Assembly: GCA_036271075.1 (NCBI GenBank)
Contig: DATBBH010000164.1
Coordinates: 3,442 to 67,441, forward strand
Source of the DNA: Gaiellaceae bacterium
Lineage (GTDB): Bacteria; Actinomycetota; Thermoleophilia; Gaiellales; Gaiellaceae
Direction of reading: 5' to 3'
DNA: 64,000 bases
Shown: positions 17,006 to 26,414 of the stretch, in pieces
Layout: every line of letters begins with the position of its first letter
Position numbering within the stretch: the stretch's first letter is position 1
Made by a program: the position numbers and the translations under genes
The notes under the pieces: generated by a model
What the model saw: only the letters and a program-made list of their open reading frames with translations
Database searches by the model: none
What the model was told of the DNA's origin: nothing

Positions 17006-20000
17006 ATGTCGTCATCGCGAACCCGCACGATCGGCTCATGGTTGAGGTTTCGAGGTCGACTGTGGGTCGCCTCTGGGCTGATCGGGATGTCTGCGCTTCT
17101 TGCGGTCGCGGGCTCTGCGGGCGCCGATCCGGCGACGCTTTCGTCGAAGGCCGCAGGACATGCAACCCGCACGCTCAGCGCCGTGCCACAGACGGTCGTG
17201 ACGCTGACCTTCGACGACGGCGACGCGAACCAGTACGTAGTGCGGACGATGCTTTCCTCACGGGGGATGCACGCAACCTTCTTCCTGAACAGCCCCGAGA
17301 TCGGCAACGACTCCTCCTACATGACGTGGTCGCAGATCGCCAACCTGTACGCGGACGGCAACGAGATCGCGGGCCACACTGCCTACCACCCTGATCTGAC
17401 CCAACTCGACCCGCCTGAGGCGCAGCGCGAGATCTGCTACGACCGCAACCTCCTGCTCTCTCACGGCTACCCGGCCACGAATTTCGCCTTGCCGTTCGGC
17501 ACCTACAACCCGACAGTCGAGTCGTTGATCCAGGCCTGCGGCTACAACTCCGCCCGGACGACTGATCAGTTTGGACTCGGCTGCACTCCGGGTCCCTGCG
17601 CGGAGACGATCCCGCCGCAGAACGCCTACCAAACGCGGATCGCAGGGGCCGCCGAGGACGGCTTGGCAGCACTCAAGCAGGAAGTCACGCTCGCCGAGCA
17701 GAACGGCGGCGGCTGGGCGCAGCTGCTCTTCCACGACATCTGCAACGGCTGCTCCGGCCTCGCAATATCACAGACCAACTTCGGCAACTTGCTCAACTGG
17801 CTACAGGGCCAGATGCAGACGAACAACGTTGTGATCAAGACGGTCGCGCAAGTGATCGGCGGGCCGATGCAAGCGGCCGTCGCCGGGCCACCGCTGCCGC
17901 CGGCGCCCAACGGCTCGAACGCGACCGCCAATCCAAGCCTCGAACAGGACGCGGACGGCGACGGCGTCCCCGACTGCTTCTTCACCAACACCTGGGGCAA
18001 CGAGAGCGTCAGCTGGACACTGACGACCGACGCGCACACCGGCAGCCACGCCGAACGGGTCGACGTCTCGCACTACTCGAGCGGCAGCGACAGCCTCCTC
18101 CCGAACCAAGATCTCGGCGCCTGCACGCCGACCGTCATTCCCGGCCACCAGTACCGGATCACCGAGTGGTACAAGTCGAACGCCCCCGTCTCCTTCGACC
18201 TCTACGTCCGCAAGACCGACTGGAGCTGGGCCTACTCGACCTCGAGCGCCAACTTCCCTGCCAGCTCGACGTGGACGCAGGCGAGTTGGGTAACGCCGGT
18301 AGTACCGAGCGGGGTCAACGGAGCGATCGCGGGCTTGGAGATCGCCCAGAACGGCTTCCTCACCGTCGACGATCTCGGCTTCGACGACGCCAATCCGACC
18401 GGCGGCGACACGACGCCGCCGAACTCAACGATCAGTTGCAACGGCTCGCCTTGCTCGAGCGGCTGGTCCACCGCACCCGTCTCGATCATGCTCGCCGCGT
18501 CCGACAACACCGGTGGTTCGGGCGTGAAGCAGATCGTGTACACGACCGACGGCTCCGACCCGTCAACAACGAACGGCACCGTTTACAACGGCGCGTTCAC
18601 CGTCACCTCGACGGCGATCGTCAAGTACCGCGCCTACGACAACGCCGGCAACGCTGAGTCGATCCGGATCCAGACCGTCCGGGTCGACACGGCCGCCCCG
18701 ACGACCGCGATCAGCTGCAACGTCTCGAGCTGCTCGAGCGGCTGGTACACCGCGCCGGTCTCGGTCATGCTCACCGCGTCCGACGGCACGGGCGGTTCCG
18801 GCGTGAGCAAGACTGTCTACACGACCGACGGCTCCGATCCGTCGACAACGAACGGCACCGTCTACAACGGCGCGTTCACCGTTGCCTCGACCGTGACGGT
18901 CAAGTATCGAAGCTACGACGTCGCCGGGAACGCCGAGCAGGTGAACAGCCGCACGCTCACCCTGGACACGAGCGCACCGACCACGACCATCGCCTGTAAC
19001 GGCAGCTCCTGCGCCGGTGACTCGTACACGGCACCGGTGTCGGTCACCCTGAGCGCGTCCGACAACTCCGGCGGATCCGGCCTGAGCAAAACCGTGTACA
19101 CGACCGACGGCTCCGACCCGTCTCCAACCAACGGCACCCTCTACAGCAGCGCGTTCACCGTCACCTCGACGGTGACGGTCAAGTATCGAAGCTACGACGT
19201 CGCCGGGAACGGCGAAGCGGTCGGCAGCAGGCTGATCCAAGTGAGCATCGGCACGCCAACAACGACGATCAGCTGCAACGGCTCGGGCTGCTCGAGCGGC
19301 TGGTACAACACCGCGGTGTCGGTGACGCTTCAGGCAACCGACACAGGCGGACCCGGCATCAGCGAGAGCGTGTACACGACCGATGGCTCCGACCCGTCTA
19401 CAACGAACGGCACCGTCTACAGCGGCGCCTTCAGCGTCGGCTCGACTACCACGCTGAAATACCGTAGCTACGACAACAGCGGTGGCGCCGAGTCGGTCAA
19501 CAGCCAGCTGATCCAGGTCGACGTGACCACACCGGCCTCGTCGATCAGCTGCAACGGGTCGAATTGCTCGAACGGTTGGTACAACGCCGCAGTCGCGGTG
19601 ACGCTTCAGGCAAGCGACAACGCCGACGGATCTGGCGTTGCCAAAATCGTCTACACGACCGACGGCAGCGACCCGACGGCTACGAACGGCATCGTCTACA
19701 GCGGCGCCTTCAGCGTGGGCTCGACCACGCCCGTCAAGTACCGGGCCTTCGACGTCGCCGGCAACGGCGAGGCCACCCACAGCCAGACCGTCCAAGTCGA
19801 CGCAGCCGCGCCAACGACCGCGATCGCCTGCAACGGCGCGAGCTGCTCTACGGGCTGGTACTCCCAATCGGTCTCGGTCAGCCTGACGGCGACAGACGCC
19901 GGCTCCGGGGTGGCGCAGATCGTCTACACGACCGACGGCAGCGACCCGACGGCTACGAACGGCATCGTCTACAGCGGCGCCTTCAGCGTCGGCTCGACCA

Positions 20001-20842
20001 CGGCGGTCAAGTACCGGGCCTTCGACGTCGCCGGCAACGCCGAAACGGTCACGAGCAGGCTGGTCCAGGTTGACACGCTCGCGCCAACCGTGTCGCTGGT
20101 CGCGCCGACAGGGAACTCGCAGCTGAGCGGCCAGGTGGCGTTCTCTGCGAACGGATCCGACAACGTCGTGGTGGCACGAATTGACTTCCTCGTCGACAGC
20201 AACGTCGTCGGATCAGCAACGGCGGCCCCGTTCACCTACACCTGGAACTCGACCTCTGTCGCAGACGGCGGCCATACGATTCAGGCGCGCGGCGTCGACC
20301 CGGCGGGGAACACAACTACGACGAGCGCAATCACGGTCACCGTCGCCAATGGCGGGACGAATGCCAATCTCCTGCAGAACCCCGGCCTCGAGCAGGGATC
20401 TGGGAACATCCCGACCTGCTGGCTCCTAGGCGGCTACGGGACGAACACGCCCACCTGGACGTGGACAGCCGACGCGCATAGCGGGACCCACGCAGAGAAC
20501 CTGGTCATCAGCAACTACACGAACGGCGACCGCAAACTGCTGCAGGCGTTCAACGCGAGCTGCGCCACCGCCACCTCAGCCGGTCACCAATACGTCGTCT
20601 CGGTCTGGTACAAGTCGACGGCCCGGTCGACGATCTTCGTCTTCGCCTCGACCACCGGCTCGACCGGCCCATACAACTGGTGGGCGCAGTCCCCTTGGCT
20701 GCCGGCCGCGGCCACGTGGACGCAGGCGTCCTGGACGACTCCCGTGGTGCCGAGCGGCTTCACCTACATCTCGAGCGGCATGGGGATGCAGAACGCTGGC
20801 TCGCTGACGATGGACGACTTCAGTCTCATCCAGATCAAGTAA
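17006..20842 (+). CDS. large secreted mosaic protein: polysaccharide deacetylase (CE4) + CBM4/9-like + 6 tandem chitobiase/hexosaminidase-C-type repeats + Ig-like + C-terminal CBM4/9-like
   Basis: Signal-like N-terminus (WVASGLIGMSALLAVAGSAGA). CE4 motifs VVTLTFDDGDANQY and GHTAYHPDL. Two NPxLE..CW..GYG.N...DAHTG.HAE modules. Six repeats of the form C-N-G-S-x-C-S-x-G-W-Y...VYTTDGSDP..TNG.VY.GAF.V.ST..VKYR.YD.AGN.E. Confidence 0.9.
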   Translation: MSSSRTRTIGSWLRFRGRLWVASGLIGMSALLAVAGSAGADPATLSSKAAGHATRTLSAVPQTVVTLTFDDGDANQYVVRTMLSSRGMHATFFLNSPEIGNDSSYMTWSQIANLYADGNEIAGHTAYHPDLTQLDPPEAQREICYDRNLLLSHGYPATNFALPFGTYNPTVESLIQACGYNSARTTDQFGLGCTPGPCAETIPPQNAYQTRIAGAAEDGLAALKQEVTLAEQNGGGWAQLLFHDICNGCSGLAISQTNFGNLLNWLQGQMQTNNVVIKTVAQVIGGPMQAAVAGPPLPPAPNGSNATANPSLEQDADGDGVPDCFFTNTWGNESVSWTLTTDAHTGSHAERVDVSHYSSGSDSLLPNQDLGACTPTVIPGHQYRITEWYKSNAPVSFDLYVRKTDWSWAYSTSSANFPASSTWTQASWVTPVVPSGVNGAIAGLEIAQNGFLTVDDLGFDDANPTGGDTTPPNSTISCNGSPCSSGWSTAPVSIMLAASDNTGGSGVKQIVYTTDGSDPSTTNGTVYNGAFTVTSTAIVKYRAYDNAGNAESIRIQTVRVDTAAPTTAISCNVSSCSSGWYTAPVSVMLTASDGTGGSGVSKTVYTTDGSDPSTTNGTVYNGAFTVASTVTVKYRSYDVAGNAEQVNSRTLTLDTSAPTTTIACNGSSCAGDSYTAPVSVTLSASDNSGGSGLSKTVYTTDGSDPSPTNGTLYSSAFTVTSTVTVKYRSYDVAGNGEAVGSRLIQVSIGTPTTTISCNGSGCSSGWYNTAVSVTLQATDTGGPGISESVYTTDGSDPSTTNGTVYSGAFSVGSTTTLKYRSYDNSGGAESVNSQLIQVDVTTPASSISCNGSNCSNGWYNAAVAVTLQASDNADGSGVAKIVYTTDGSDPTATNGIVYSGAFSVGSTTPVKYRAFDVAGNGEATHSQTVQVDAAAPTTAIACNGASCSTGWYSQSVSVSLTATDAGSGVAQIVYTTDGSDPTATNGIVYSGAFSVGSTTAVKYRAFDVAGNAETVTSRLVQVDTLAPTVSLVAPTGNSQLSGQVAFSANGSDNVVVARIDFLVDSNVVGSATAAPFTYTWNSTSVADGGHTIQARGVDPAGNTTTTSAITVTVANGGTNANLLQNPGLEQGSGNIPTCWLLGGYGTNTPTWTWTADAHSGTHAENLVISNYTNGDRKLLQAFNASCATATSAGHQYVVSVWYKSTARSTIFVFASTTGSTGPYNWWAQSPWLPAAATWTQASWTTPVVPSGFTYISSGMGMQNAGSLTMDDFSLIQIK
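18410..20074 (+). repeat. six in-frame tandem coding repeats of about 273-279 bp inside the 1278-aa gene
   Basis: Read directly from the translation and the DNA. Repeats 5 and 6 share a near-identical stretch of about 85 nt, starting at 19646 and 19919 (offset 273 bp). Confidence 0.9.
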
Positions 20843-20964
20843 CGCGAGACCGCCGCCCGCACGTCACCGCGGCCTCGCAGTACTCCCCACCCACCCGAGG
20901 TGTTATAGTCGCGCCTTGAGTCATCCCTGCGGCCCGACAGGGTTAGGGGACTAGCACGAACTTC

Positions 20965-22596
20965 GTGTCCAGGCTTGGTTTTCGCGCAGGGCTCCGCTTC
21001 AGTGTGGCGGGTGCCGTGGCAGCCGCCGCCCTGTTGAGCCCGTCCGCGGCCCCTGCGGAGACGATCCACGCCTGCGTCAACAACAGCTCGGGTGAGATCA
21101 AGATCATCGGGCCTGGCGAAAGTTGCCATCGGCACTGGCGCGAGGTCGATTTCGAGACAGCCGGACCGCCCGGTGCGCGGGGACCGACAGGGCCGCGCGG
21201 GGCGACTGGGGCAACGGGAGCGACGGGTGCGCGAGGCGCTACGGGCGCTACGGGCCCGACGGGGGCCAGAGGGCCAACCGGCGCCCGTGGGCCGACTGGT
21301 TTGCGCGGTCCCACCGGTGCAACCGGCCGTGACGGAGTTCCAGGCGCAACGGGTCCGACCGGCGCGCGCGGGACTACCGGTGCTCCGGGCGCGACTGGTC
21401 CAACTGGCGACAGGGGCTCGACCGGAGCGACGGGTGCGCGCGGCGCGACCGGCACCAGCGGCGCGCACGGCGCGACCGGCGTAGCCGGTCCGACGGGCGC
21501 ACGCGGCCCCACCGGTGCGCGCGGCCCGACGGGAGCCGCCGGGGCGACGGGTGCGCGCGGCGCGACCGGAGCCACGGGCGAGACCGGCACGACCGGTCCG
21601 ACGGGCGCAAGCGGCGATACCGGAGCTACGGGCGCGACCGGCGTAGCCGGTCCGACGGGCGCACGCGGCCCCACCGGTGCGCGCGGCCCGACGGGAGCCG
21701 CCGGGGTGACGGGTGCGCGCGGCGCGACCGGAGCCACGGGCGAGACCGGCGCGACCGGAGCCCACGGCGCGACCGGCAGCAGCGGCGCGACCGGTGCCCA
21801 GGGAGCGACGGGCGCAACCGGCGCGCGCGGCGCGACCGGCGTAACCGGTCCCACGGGCGCACGCGGCCCCACCGGCGCAACCGGAGCTACAGGCGCAACC
21901 GGAACCAGGGGCGCGACCGGCAGCACCGGCGCGACCGGTGCCCGGGGAGCGACGGGCGCAACCGGCGCGCGCGGCGCGACCGGCGTAACCGGTCCCACGG
22001 GTGCACGCGGCCCCACCGGCGCAACCGGAGCCACAGGCCCGACGGGAGCGCGCGGCACGACCGGCGTAACCGGTCCGACGGGCGCACTCGGCCCCACCGG
22101 CGCAACCGGAGCTACAGGCGCAACCGGAGCCAGGGGCGTGACCGGTGCCCGCGGGCCGACCGGTCAGGCCGGCGGACCGGCCGGACCGACGGGCGCACGC
22201 GGTCCCACCGGCGCGACCGGAGCGACGGGGCCGACCGGTCTCCGCGGACCCACCGGGCCTGCTGGCAGCGGAGCGACAGGCCCAAGCGGTGCACGTGGGC
22301 CTACCGGCTCGATCGGCCCGCCCGGCCCGACTGGACCTGCCGGTGTGGCGGCGTCGCACACCGAGACGGCTTCCGCGGAAGTGAGCCTCCCCGAAGGTAC
22401 GGTTTCCGCGGCCGTCACAAAGACGTGTGAGACCGGCATCATGCTCGGTGGCGGCGCATCCCTCTCGGGCACGAACGCCGCCATCCAGGCCTCGAACCCG
22501 ATCCAGGGCGGTTGGAGCGCGTCGGCGGTCGGCACCGGACCCGGTGACGCCCCGGCTCAGACGCTGACGGTCTACGTGGTCTGCAGCGGCCCGTAA
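20965..22596 (+). CDS. secreted collagen-like triple-helix repeat protein
   Basis: GTG start. Signal-like N-terminus, a 66-aa head with 2 Cys, about 130 G-X-Y triplets (GAT/GPT/GAR dominated), and an 84-aa C-terminal non-collagenous domain with 2 Cys. Confidence 0.9.
   Translation: MSRLGFRAGLRFSVAGAVAAAALLSPSAAPAETIHACVNNSSGEIKIIGPGESCHRHWREVDFETAGPPGARGPTGPRGATGATGATGARGATGATGPTGARGPTGARGPTGLRGPTGATGRDGVPGATGPTGARGTTGAPGATGPTGDRGSTGATGARGATGTSGAHGATGVAGPTGARGPTGARGPTGAAGATGARGATGATGETGTTGPTGASGDTGATGATGVAGPTGARGPTGARGPTGAAGVTGARGATGATGETGATGAHGATGSSGATGAQGATGATGARGATGVTGPTGARGPTGATGATGATGTRGATGSTGATGARGATGATGARGATGVTGPTGARGPTGATGATGPTGARGTTGVTGPTGALGPTGATGATGATGARGVTGARGPTGQAGGPAGPTGARGPTGATGATGPTGLRGPTGPAGSGATGPSGARGPTGSIGPPGPTGPAGVAASHTETASAEVSLPEGTVSAAVTKTCETGIMLGGGASLSGTNAAIQASNPIQGGWSASAVGTGPGDAPAQTLTVYVVCSGP
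21163..22344 (+). repeat. G-X-Y (9-bp-multiple) coding repeat region with nested 162-bp and 144-bp tandem duplications
   Basis: A near-identical block of about 110 nt starts at 21478 and again at 21640 (offset 162 bp). Another block starts at about 21793 and about 21937 (offset 144 bp). Confidence 0.85.
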
Positions 22597-22599
22597 CCG

Positions 22600-24948
22600 C
22601 TACGCGACTGCCTCGACCCAGTCAAGCCGTCGGCCGCAGAGCGACTTCGCCCGCGCCGGAGCAACGTCCACGAGCCGCGCGGCCGCCGTGGGGGCGATGA
22701 CGAGCGGTCCTGCCGGGAACGGTGCGAGCCCGTGAGTCCCAGGCCGCCAGCCGCCGTAGGCGTACCGGAGCTCGATCCGGTGCGCCCCGTCGACGAGACG
22801 GACAGTTCCGAGGTCGACGAGCTGTCCCGACCACTCGAGTTCGTGCCGCGCAGATCCGACCGGGCGCCCGTCGACCGCCACCGAGAACCGACCGAGGAAC
22901 GAGCCTTCGAGCCAGACGTCGTAGCGGCCGGGCGTTGCGCGGAAGCTTGTCGAGACCGAGCCTGAGCCGCCGGGATCGATGGAGCCCGCGACGTTGCCGG
23001 TCGTCCAGGAGGCCGGTCGCTCCAGGGCGGACAGGGACAGAACCGCCACTCGGTCGCGCGGGACGGCCACGAGGCGGCGGACACCGGGAAGCGACGCGAG
23101 GCGAAGTACCGCGGCACAAGACGGCACGGCACCCGGACTCAGCTCGTTTCCGAGCGGAAGGTGCTCGAGGACACGCGGAGCGGAGTCGTCGCGCATCCAA
23201 ACCTCGTACCAGCGACGCCGCTCGACCAGGCGGAACGGCGACGGCGGGCGGCTGAGCAGAGGGGAGCGACGGAGCACGAGCAGCCGATAGCCGAGCAATG
23301 AGGCGAGTTCGAAACGGTCGATGTCGGCATACGCCTGTGGCGGCAGGGGCTGGCCGCTCCGGAGCGGGACTTCGTGACGGCGGAGCTCCGACGCCCCCTC
23401 AGCATCGAGGCTCCGAAGGAAGTGGCGCGCGCCGTACGGGTCGAACTCTGTCATCAGAGCCGGGCCGTCGCCGGCGTAGCGCTTGCCGATCGCCCCCAGA
23501 TCGTCGAGGCGCGCTGACGGGGCCAGCCAGACGCCGCCGTACGCGCGGACATTCGACCACCCGACGCCTCCGATCACGGCCGCTGCGAGCAGTGCTGCCT
23601 CCGTTGCGCGTCCGCGCTCAGCGAGTGCAGCGGCTCCGCAGAGCGCGAGGAGCAGCAGGGCGGGGGCCGCGGTCGCAAGCGCCTTGCCGCCGACCCACGG
23701 CGATCCGAATCCGTCGAAGACGGCTACACCGACAAGCGCACCGCCGAGGTAGACGAGAAGGCCCCAGGCGCGTCGCGACCATGCAAACAGGACGCCGCCA
23801 ACCGCCGCGACCATGACGACGGCGACTAAGACGTATGTCGGTGGGAGGTCGTGTGGGGCGCTTCGGAAGTCGGCCGTCGGCCAGATGCCAGCGATCTGGA
23901 CAAGCCTGAGTGGCCGGATCAGGTTGCCGAGCTCGTCTGCGCTCGTGAAGGCGCCCGAGTGCGGCAGCCACTCGACTGCCGCTGCGATCGCGGGGACTGC
24001 ACACGCGACGGCGGTCGCCGCGAAGAGCCCGGTCGCGCGCAGAGCGAACGCCCGCCCGCGCGCGCGGAGCACGAGGACCGGCACGGCGAGAAGGACTGCC
24101 AGCCACCCGGCGCCGCCCAGGCTCAGGACGTCGACTAGGGCGGCGGTTGAAACCGCAGCCGGAACTGCGGCTCGGACCGTCGGCGCCTTGAGCAGCACCG
24201 GAATCGTCGCCGCGAGCACCGCGAGCATCAGAGCGGCCGCGAGTTCCTTGATCCCGCCCCAGAGGTAGTAGCCGAACAGGATCGCGGGCTGGCAGGCGAC
24301 GAAGGCGATGGTCGCGCGCGCCGGCCGCGAGGCCACGACCGGCGCGGCGAGCGCGTAAAGCGCCAGGGCGAGCGCCGCCGCGAGGAACGCAAGATACGGC
24401 TGCCAGAGCCAAGCAACGTCGGTCCGTAGCAGGCGTTGCGCCACTCCGAGCGGGCCGAACGAGCCGATCGGGTAGCCGTAGGCAAGGCTCGTATCGAGCG
24501 TCGCCTCGTACGTCGATGGAGCCAATCCCGCGAGCGAGTGCCCGGCAATCTCGACGCGGTCGAGCATCGCGAAGTACGTCGCGGTGTCGTCGAGCTTGAT
24601 GTATCCGGCGAAGGTCGCACGTCCGGAGAGGACGACCGGCGCCGCGTAGACCGCGTAGGCGGCGGCGAACGCTCCGGCTGCCCAGCCGTCAGGCCGGAGC
24701 GAGCGAAGTCGCGTGGACGTCCCGAACCCCGTTACGGCGAGGGCGACCGCGAGCGGAGCGGCGAGCGATGCGGTCCGGGAGGAGAGCGCTGCGAACGGCG
24801 CGGCCACGACAATGACTGCGAAGCCGGCTGGCAGAAGGAGCGCTCCGGGCAGCCGTGTGGCGGAGGCCGTCTCGAGCAACAGCCCGCAGCCGAGGGAGAG
24901 CAGCCCGAGAGCGAGCGGCAGCAACGCCCATCCGACCGCGAGCGTCAC
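22600..24948 (-). CDS. large polytopic membrane protein with C-terminal extracytoplasmic beta-rich domain (GT-C-like glycosyltransferase is a speculative assignment)
   Basis: 782 aa. About 500 aa of repeated hydrophobic helices, including a loop with YIKLDDTATYF. The C-terminal ~270 aa are soluble (GRYDVWLEGSFLGRFSVAVDGRPVG...). Convergent with the collagen-like gene, with only 3 nt between the stops. Confidence 0.8.
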   Translation of the reverse strand: MTLAVGWALLPLALGLLSLGCGLLLETASATRLPGALLLPAGFAVIVVAAPFAALSSRTASLAAPLAVALAVTGFGTSTRLRSLRPDGWAAGAFAAAYAVYAAPVVLSGRATFAGYIKLDDTATYFAMLDRVEIAGHSLAGLAPSTYEATLDTSLAYGYPIGSFGPLGVAQRLLRTDVAWLWQPYLAFLAAALALALYALAAPVVASRPARATIAFVACQPAILFGYYLWGGIKELAAALMLAVLAATIPVLLKAPTVRAAVPAAVSTAALVDVLSLGGAGWLAVLLAVPVLVLRARGRAFALRATGLFAATAVACAVPAIAAAVEWLPHSGAFTSADELGNLIRPLRLVQIAGIWPTADFRSAPHDLPPTYVLVAVVMVAAVGGVLFAWSRRAWGLLVYLGGALVGVAVFDGFGSPWVGGKALATAAPALLLLALCGAAALAERGRATEAALLAAAVIGGVGWSNVRAYGGVWLAPSARLDDLGAIGKRYAGDGPALMTEFDPYGARHFLRSLDAEGASELRRHEVPLRSGQPLPPQAYADIDRFELASLLGYRLLVLRRSPLLSRPPSPFRLVERRRWYEVWMRDDSAPRVLEHLPLGNELSPGAVPSCAAVLRLASLPGVRRLVAVPRDRVAVLSLSALERPASWTTGNVAGSIDPGGSGSVSTSFRATPGRYDVWLEGSFLGRFSVAVDGRPVGSARHELEWSGQLVDLGTVRLVDGAHRIELRYAYGGWRPGTHGLAPFPAGPLVIAPTAAARLVDVAPARAKSLCGRRLDWVEAVA

Positions 24949-24957
24949 GGCGCCACC

Positions 24958-25611
24958 TCAGCCGACGGGGCGGATCTTTCCCGAGATGATCAGGCTTCGC
25001 GCGCGACCTGGGCTGGGCGCGTAGACCTCGACCTGGTAGTTCGACCGCGGGTACGCGAAATAGACGTTCTTGGGCGCGCTCTTGTTCAGCACGGCCTTGC
25101 CGCCACCGGAGATAGAGAATGTCTCCGCGCCCTTCTCTTTCGCAGCGGTCTGGACAGCCCGATATGCGTTCCGGACGGGATACGTGCCGACGATGAGGAA
25201 GTCGGCGTGCCGGTCGCCGATCTTCACGCCCTTTGGCAGGTAGCGAATGTAAATGCGATCATCGCTCGTCCGCGTGAGCTCGTAGGTGATCCGCGACCTC
25301 GGACCGGCCCAGTAGACCGGGTGTCCGACCAGCGCAGAGACTGCCCTCAGCGTCTGGACGCTCGCGGACTGGAGAATCGGCGTCGACGAGCTCGTCGTCG
25401 TCGGGGTAGTCGTCCCGCCGGACTTCGGCGAGCCAGAGCCACTTCCGCGGACGAGCAGCCAGACGACGAACGCAACGGCGAGCGCGACCGCCACGACGGC
25501 TCCCACGCGCACGGAGCGATCGCGCTTAGGCTGAGAGGGATTCACTCCTGCCAGCATGCGATTACCGTACCGGGTCGCGCGGCCGGATACGACCGTGCCG
25601 TCAGGCGTCAC
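24958..25611 (-). CDS. membrane-anchored/secreted hypothetical protein
   Basis: A single TM segment (VGAVVAVALAVAFVVWLLV) followed by a Ser/Thr/Gly linker and a globular domain. The start is uncertain (25611 or ATG at 25557). Lies 9 nt upstream of the 782-aa gene. Confidence 0.7.
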   Translation of the reverse strand: MTPDGTVVSGRATRYGNRMLAGVNPSQPKRDRSVRVGAVVAVALAVAFVVWLLVRGSGSGSPKSGGTTTPTTTSSSTPILQSASVQTLRAVSALVGHPVYWAGPRSRITYELTRTSDDRIYIRYLPKGVKIGDRHADFLIVGTYPVRNAYRAVQTAAKEKGAETFSISGGGKAVLNKSAPKNVYFAYPRSNYQVEVYAPSPGRARSLIISGKIRPVG

Positions 25612-25881
25612 GCCGTCTCCTCGGACTGGGCGTTGCGTTGCCGATGAGGCTGCAAACTAGGCTCGAGATCGTTGTCTTGCGTCACGAGCTCGCGGTGCTT
25701 CGTCGGCACGCAGCGCAACCGAATTGGCAGTCGCGGCCGAAGACCTGGTCCCAAAACCCCCCGGCTGTACAGGTGACAGAAGCGACTGGCAGGCGAATGC
25801 TTAGTACATGACCTTACGTGTGACCGTCGCGGTGATCCTCAGCTCCGCGACGTCCTTTGCAGTTGCAACCTTGGTGGTTCT

Positions 25882-26088
25882 ATGGCGGTCAGAGCGGCGT
25901 CACCGGATCCCACCGATCGCGCAGGCACCACGGACCTGATTCGCGCGGTACTCAACTCGCTTGTCCGTGAACGGCAGGCACTTCGCCGTGCCGGCACCGA
26001 CCAAGCCGCGCTCGAGGCCAACCGGATCGCAATCGTCTACTGGCAGCAGGAACTATCGAGGCGTCTCGTCGAGACCGGCGCACCCTGA
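25882..26088 (+). CDS. small hypothetical helical protein
   Basis: 68 aa. The ATG is preceded by GGTGG. Isolated in an ~800-bp poorly coding spacer. No family recognised. Confidence 0.3.
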   Translation: MAVRAASPDPTDRAGTTDLIRAVLNSLVRERQALRRAGTDQAALEANRIAIVYWQQELSRRLVETGAP

Positions 26089-26414
26089 GGCCGGTTTGAG
26101 GGACCGGGCGGCGATCCGAGCGCCGCAGCGCTGAGATCCCTCGTCTACCTTCGTTGTCGATGGAGACGATTCACAAGTATCGAAGCAGGCGGGACCACCC
26201 GATCGGTTGGGTGACTGTCGGCGCGATCCATGAGATCTTCACAGCGGGCCGAGTGTGCCCCGGGTAGGTGACCTCTCCGGTGGCCGCAAACTGGAGGCCG
26301 ACTCGACTTCACGAGCGGTGAGGCACGCTCGGCTCGCAACTTCGGCGCCCTAGGCTAGAGGAGATTCCGGTCGGCAGCCGCTTGACATCGCCCGATCTGG
26401 CGACGCTTGAACAC

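Noticed and set aside
18563-19867. 434-aa minus-strand ORF running antisense through the tandem-repeat region of the 1278-aa gene
   Set aside because: It mirrors a repetitive GC-rich coding region. The product is low-complexity and Arg/Gly/Ala/Val-rich with no recognisable motifs, whereas the plus frame has clear domain signatures.
18410-22344. CRISPR-like or satellite interpretation of the 273-bp, 162/144-bp and (at 28543-28614) 18-bp tandem repeats
   Set aside because: All are in-frame coding repeats with no unique spacers, and no cas genes are present.
20764-22359. 531-aa and 384-aa minus-strand ORFs (the latter a striking P-V-A-P-V-G-P repeat) opposite the collagen-like gene
   Set aside because: Their periodicity is simply the complement of the G-X-Y codons. 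The plus-strand frame has a signal peptide, a clean triplet register and defined head and tail domains. I cannot formally exclude antisense expression without data.
1-25600. Interpretation of the surface/EPS locus as a mobile genomic island or prophage remnant
   Set aside because: I found no integrase, transposase, tRNA attachment site, flanking direct repeats or phage genes. Only a locally less GC-rich patch (about 15.3-17.0 kb) and an unusual spacer at 25.6-26.4 kb hint at accessory status.
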